Positions 45,794-49,958 of a stretch of 49,958 bases of DNA are shown piece by piece. The position numbers and the translations under genes were made by a program. The notes under the pieces are model-generated. The model made no database searches. It was not told the DNA's origin and worked only from the letters and a program-made list of their open reading frames with translations. The stretch's first letter is position 1; every line of letters begins with the position of its first letter. The DNA comes from a virus (Duplodnaviria > Caudoviricetes): IMG/VR virus record IMGVR_UViG_3300025296_000021, positions 1 through 49,958 of that record; one strand, written 5' to 3'.

Positions 45794-47398
45794 CTAATTA
45801 TCACCGTTCTGGATGGTAATGTTACGAGGACGCCATCCCAAATGTATATGCTTTCTGTACACCCATCCATAACGTCTTTTATACTCAATCTCATCTGCTT
45901 TTTTCCAATGACATGCCTTGTCAATCTTACTCATACCTGCTAACATCCATCCATTGCTAGTCCCCTCCGCAGAAGAATACTTATCTGCTCCAACGAATGC
46001 GTAAAATGCACTCTGATGTTTCAAGTTGACAATGACTTCAAGCTTTCCCATTCCACCGCTTACACCTTTGGTTCGTGTCCATCTCATATGTAAGCGATTA
46101 CGGACTCTTCCGATGATTTCGGAACGTGAAAACTTAGTGATTTCCAGAGACATGGATTCCTGCAAAGCTTTAACTATCATCCAGTGCACGCCATCTTCTA
46201 CAAAACATATCTCACCATCATGTTGCCACAGGCGTTGCAATCTATATGCCTCACGAAGGGGAATGGGTTTACGAATAAGCAGGTACTTTTTACTGACGAG
46301 TGTAAACTTGTCAAGGGATGCTGCCCGAGACATTGGAACATCTGCAAGGTCGTGCACAAATGCGTCATACGACTTCTTGCTGTACTTTATGAGGCCAAAT
46401 ATTTTATTTCCCTGAGATTCAATGTTGTCAGGAGCTTGGTGCATAACAAATTGCTTTTGCATACCCCTTATCTTTGGTAATGCTGGCAACGCTACAGATG
46501 CCGTGTCAGACTCTGGGACAGACGCATCTTCTGACGAATACTTGTCTGCGCTCAAAGAAGATACACCACTTCCTCGCCAGACCTCAGGTAATCTGTCCTC
46601 TTCGTGTTCTTTCAGTATCTGATGATTCTCTGGCGTTTTCGTGATATACTCATATACCAGAGTATTCCAGTCCGCATCCTTACCGAGGACTTTGATGGCA
46701 TCAAGCAACTGCCTCATTTCCTGTATTGTTACTGGCTTTTTGATACCACTGACAACGCATCGCTTATACAGGGTAACAACCGCCTCAACCATAGCATTGT
46801 CTGGATGGGACATCTCTAATGCGTCCTTAACCAGCTCAGGATGGGGCATACTAAAGTTAATCATTGGTAATCGCCTGAGTAATGGCTCTGACAAATGCCT
46901 CTCGTCATTCATTGTTATGAACACGATTAAGTTGTCCAGATTAGCCCTGACCTCTACATTGGGAAAGGATATTCTCCCTGTTTGTAAGAAGTCAAGCAGA
47001 AAAGCGTCAGCACTATGCCGTGATTTGTCCCATTCGTCAAGGACAAGCATAGCCTTACGCCCCTCTGATGTTATCTTCGCAACTTCTACGAGTTTACCAT
47101 CATACAGTGATATACCACTAATGGTAGACTCATTCGGTAGCATCTTCTGAACAAGGTCATCTTCCCGTGTTCCCGGACATATCTGATAGAAGCAGTACTC
47201 CATATCAAGTATGTTATTAAGGACTTCGGGCAGATAGGTCTTGCCTGAACCTGCCGAGCCAAAAAGAAATGCACCACCGACAGGCTTCTGGTGCAACGCA
47301 GAATATATCTGGGCTGCCAGCTCCTCTCGGTGAATGTATCCTTCTCCCTTAAGGCGACTGCTCAATGATTTAAGCGATAAGTGATTATTCGCCATCAC
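45794..47398 (-). CDS. MoxR-like AAA+ ATPase
   Basis: GSAGSGKT, LVLDEWDK, LLDFLQ, TMN and LSEPLLRR. Confidence 0.85.
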   Translation of the reverse strand: MMANNHLSLKSLSSRLKGEGYIHREELAAQIYSALHQKPVGGAFLFGSAGSGKTYLPEVLNNILDMEYCFYQICPGTREDDLVQKMLPNESTISGISLYDGKLVEVAKITSEGRKAMLVLDEWDKSRHSADAFLLDFLQTGRISFPNVEVRANLDNLIVFITMNDERHLSEPLLRRLPMINFSMPHPELVKDALEMSHPDNAMVEAVVTLYKRCVVSGIKKPVTIQEMRQLLDAIKVLGKDADWNTLVYEYITKTPENHQILKEHEEDRLPEVWRGSGVSSLSADKYSSEDASVPESDTASVALPALPKIRGMQKQFVMHQAPDNIESQGNKIFGLIKYSKKSYDAFVHDLADVPMSRAASLDKFTLVSKKYLLIRKPIPLREAYRLQRLWQHDGEICFVEDGVHWMIVKALQESMSLEITKFSRSEIIGRVRNRLHMRWTRTKGVSGGMGKLEVIVNLKHQSAFYAFVGADKYSSAEGTSNGWMLAGMSKIDKACHWKKADEIEYKRRYGWVYRKHIHLGWRPRNITIQNGDN

Positions 47399-47420
47399 AG
47401 TCTCCTATCATGATAAATTG

Positions 47421-47613
47421 TTGGATGGTTAGCCCCTTACTCCGCAAACAGAGTATTAACCGTGTATGTTTATAGTCTAACACTTAATGGGACTCTAGAT
47501 TCATTACGGCAACAACCCATTAGAGGTGTCCAGCATTTTTACCAAATGATAAGAACTCACGACTCGCGTTCAAAACATAAGTCCTATCTTCTGGCTCATC
47601 GGTGACCATCCAA
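47421..47613. ncRNA. ~190-nt multibranched structured RNA candidate
   Basis: Closing helix TTGGATGGT/ACCATCCAA with nested AGCC/GGCT, TACTC/GAGTA, TATGTTT/AAACATA and TAATGGG/CCCATTA. Confidence 0.5.
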
Positions 47614-47632
47614 ATCTTTCTCATAAAATTTT

Positions 47633-47699
47633 TGGGGCTGACAACACATTACACTGTAATCGTGGGTAATCAGCGAGGTAGGGTGATACTGCCAGCCCC
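47633..47699 (-). promoter_or_regulatory. Stem-loop followed by AAAAATTTT
   Basis: Minus strand GGGGCTGGCA/TGTCAGCCCC. Confidence 0.5.
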
Positions 47700-47706
47700 T
47701 GTTCAT

Positions 47707-48225
47707 TCAATCATATTCCCTATCATCCGAGTCGTCATCCATTGAATCAAGTATCTGTTTCAGGACGTGCTTTGGCAGGCCGGAAAGTGCCATCTGAAGA
47801 ATTTCATCCTTCTCCAGATGTCCCTTGACCGGTTCAACACCTCTGGCAAGTTTCTCCACCTGCATAGTATTGTTCAGTTCAGAGGCATCCTTGCCTGTGC
47901 TTTTTTCTACATACGTCTGATAACGGACTTTGATATTGAAAGCAACAGCCAGAACCGCCATCAACCTATTGGCAAGCTGTGACACTTCTTCACATTCTTC
48001 CTCGGTGTCGGCATCATGCATCAACATTCCAAGTGCGTCTTCCATATTAATTTCCATAATACAGTCAGACAGCTCAAGAATGTAAGTAATGGCGTGCAGT
48101 GGTTCGTCATTGAACACATCACGCATCACTTCGCTTGCAGCATGGTGGCTTTGCTTCAGAATCTCACGCCCGCCCTCAGTGACGAGTCCGCCATCCGGAA
48201 CGTCAAGTGGGGGTTTCGATTTCAT
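47707..48225 (-). CDS. Acidic helical hypothetical protein
   Basis: GAGGAG SD; 172 aa. Confidence 0.7.
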   Translation of the reverse strand: MKSKPPLDVPDGGLVTEGGREILKQSHHAASEVMRDVFNDEPLHAITYILELSDCIMEINMEDALGMLMHDADTEEECEEVSQLANRLMAVLAVAFNIKVRYQTYVEKSTGKDASELNNTMQVEKLARGVEPVKGHLEKDEILQMALSGLPKHVLKQILDSMDDDSDDREYD

Positions 48226-48274
48226 TCTATACTCCTCTGTTGGTTATTATCATTAACTTCGCATACGAAATTTA

Positions 48275-48358
48275 TCATAAGAAAAGAAATAGCATAACAT
48301 AGCAAGATACCGCATATATTGCTAATGCTAACGCTAAAGTCCTGATGATTCTGTTCAT
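48275..48358 (-). CDS. 27-aa hydrophobic peptide
   Basis: MNRIIRTLALALAIYAVSCYVMLFLFL; GGAG SD. Confidence 0.5.
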   Translation of the reverse strand: MNRIIRTLALALAIYAVSCYVMLFLFL

Positions 48359-48478
48359 TATTACTCCAGTACTTACTGCTTGAGCCACCTGATTAGATTG
48401 TGAAATCTGGCAGACAGCGGTGGGCATACCCACACACCAAATGCTATGACTGCTATCACCTGAAAGAACTCGATAACA

Positions 48479-48676
48479 TTAGACCAGTTCATCGTACAAT
48501 TTTTCGGCTACATTTAGAAGTGCCAAAGACAGCCTCGATGCTTCTTCCAGTTGTTTCACACATTCTTCTTTCTTATCTGCCTCGATTGCTTTCAGAGCGT
48601 TCCTCGTTGCCAGAGCCAACGCCTTAGCATTACGCTTGGCCTGTTTGCCCGTAGCAATGATTTCATTTACTTCCAT
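48479..48676 (-). CDS. Helical hypothetical protein
   Basis: GGGAG SD. Confidence 0.6.
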   Translation of the reverse strand: MEVNEIIATGKQAKRNAKALALATRNALKAIEADKKEECVKQLEEASRLSLALLNVAEKLYDELV

Positions 48677-48681
48677 TGATA

Positions 48682-48912
48682 TTACTCCCTGTTTATTTTA
48701 ATGAGCTTCTGTCCTATGCCAAGCCCGACTCTACCATTCTGCATCATCCAGTGTCCCTTGCACATATATGCCCAAGAGCCACCAAATGAAGTACTGGCGT
48801 CATACTCAGCATCTTTGTCGCAGAATTGACACTTAGGTATGTTAAAAACCTCAGCTTCTGTGCCTGACGGCTTAGTACCATAAGATTTAGCCATTATCAT
48901 ATACTCTAACAA
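48682..48912 (-). CDS. Zn-binding hypothetical protein
   Basis: CQFC...WAYMCKGH...GLGIGQKL. Confidence 0.6.
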   Translation of the reverse strand: MLEYMIMAKSYGTKPSGTEAEVFNIPKCQFCDKDAEYDASTSFGGSWAYMCKGHWMMQNGRVGLGIGQKLIKINRE

Positions 48913-49072
48913 TGTTAGAAATGTCTACCTGCTCAACTTCTTTATACCATATTGCAAGCAACTGCAATTTAGTAAGTTTTTCGACTGAAGATTTAGACCA
49001 TTTTTTGTGCTTAACAGCCCAATCCACCAGTTCATATTTTCTCTTGTATGGACATTCGTTCACAGGACGCAT
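48887..49072 (-). CDS. Hypothetical protein
   Basis: AAGGAG SD. Confidence 0.6.
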   Translation of the reverse strand: MRPVNECPYKRKYELVDWAVKHKKWSKSSVEKLTKLQLLAIWYKEVEQVDISNIVRVYDNG

Positions 49073-49078
49073 TCTACA

Positions 49079-49261
49079 TTACTCCTTATCCCTGACGCTA
49101 TCACAATGTCTAAAATGTTCTGTTTCTTTTCTACAAGAACCGCATATGCCATACTTACTTTTAATCCAGACCATAGTCCCGTCTGGTAAGTCACTGTCAT
49201 ATTCATACAGGTCATCAGGAGTGGTCATATTATCACACTCCTCACATTTGACTTTACGCAT
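49079..49261 (-). CDS. Zn-finger hypothetical protein
   Basis: CEEC...CGSC; GAGG SD. Confidence 0.6.
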   Translation of the reverse strand: MRKVKCEECDNMTTPDDLYEYDSDLPDGTMVWIKSKYGICGSCRKETEHFRHCDSVRDKE

Positions 49262-49279
49262 TTAACTACCTCATGTTAA

Positions 49280-49801
49280 TCAAACGCACCATCTTTCTTT
49301 CTCTAATGATGCGAAGTGTTCTGCCAGACGTCGAGCATCTTCAGCTCTCTCTGGCTCGTTCCGTATGTCTACTCGCATACGATGTAGAAAGTCGTAGTAA
49401 TGATACTCTACCCTATCCAGATGTGGGTTGTCTATGACCTGCATCTCGTCTGGAGTATATCGTGGGTAGTCATTCTTCTTAGGTCGCCTGTCAATCACGG
49501 GGCAGACAGAACTGTCGGGCATAAACTCACGCTCGTATGTAGTTATCGAGTCCCTGATACGCCTGACCGACTGTACCCCTGCTATGAGGCATTTAATTGT
49601 GCCTGATATATTACGCTTACGCATATTACGTTCTATGCTCTTAAGTGTAGCATATAAAATCTTACGACTGGAGATAATAATCGGGTCAGCCATCTTGTTC
49701 GATGTTACAACAATTAGCACATATCCACGTTTAGATGGCATACGCTTGGCTACAATATGTTTGGTCATTCCGCTTATGTTATTATTAGTTGTCATTGTCA
49801 A
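49280..49801 (-). CDS. Hypothetical protein
   Basis: 173-aa ORF in the early arm; start uncertain. Confidence 0.6.
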   Translation of the reverse strand: MTMTTNNNISGMTKHIVAKRMPSKRGYVLIVVTSNKMADPIIISSRKILYATLKSIERNMRKRNISGTIKCLIAGVQSVRRIRDSITTYEREFMPDSSVCPVIDRRPKKNDYPRYTPDEMQVIDNPHLDRVEYHYYDFLHRMRVDIRNEPERAEDARRLAEHFASLEKERWCV

Positions 49802-49819
49802 GTTTCATCATTTAGGTCA

Positions 49820-49849
49820 AATTTAAGGCTGGGTTTGAAGTCCCCAGCC
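49820..49849 (-). promoter_or_regulatory. Hairpin followed by TTAAATTT
   Basis: GGCTGGG/CCCAGCC stem just downstream of the 6..467 gene stop (circular context). Confidence 0.5.
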
Positions 49850-49862
49850 GATTACGTCAGGC

Positions 49863-49958
49863 AGAGTCTATTCTGTTACCTTCTCTACAGGAACCCATTT
49901 TTCCCCAGACCACTTTTTACCATGTCTGGTTATACCTAAGTCCCAAGTACCGTCATCC
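49863..49958. repeat. Terminal direct repeat, right copy
   Basis: Matches 1-96 with two substitutions. Confidence 0.95.

Noticed and set aside
1-49958. Stop-codon reassignment, tRNA genes, introns/inteins, integrase/att site
   Set aside because: Genes tile densely under the standard code, TerL and DnaB are of normal length, and I found no cloverleaf or recombinase by eye.

Overview
The window looks like an essentially complete, circularly closing ~49.9-kb genome of a podovirus-like dsDNA tailed phage: positions 1-96 recur at 49863-49958 with two synonymous mismatches. It has two oppositely oriented arms. The + strand arm (1130-36105) encodes a DNA methyltransferase, a metallophosphoesterase, terminases, portal, scaffold, major capsid protein, adaptor and tail proteins, a fibre plus a Gly-rich adhesin, an unusually large membrane/lysis cassette with a GH108 endolysin, and ejection-type proteins. 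It ends in an array of seven genes that all begin Met-Pro, six of them at TAATGCC junctions; two share an N-terminal leader, three carry zincin-type motifs, and the payloads are otherwise unrelated. The - strand arm (36187-49801 plus 6-467) encodes DnaB, SSB-like, Sak/Rad52-like and Cas4-like proteins, an RHH regulator, a MoxR-type AAA+/vWA pair and many small ORFs. I saw no DNA polymerase, primase, RNA polymerase, integrase, tRNA or CRISPR array. The most notable unexplained signals are (1) the modular Met-Pro candidate cargo array, (2) a duplicated RNA motif with swapped pairing stems in front of two tail genes, plus other long G-U-rich hairpins, (3) a ~190-nt multibranched RNA candidate upstream of the MoxR/vWA operon, (4) codon-level avoidance of GATC and CCWGG, and (5) two C-free AT-rich tracts, phased 11-bp repeats and G-runs near the divergent control region. 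All family assignments come from motif recognition by eye; no database searches were run.
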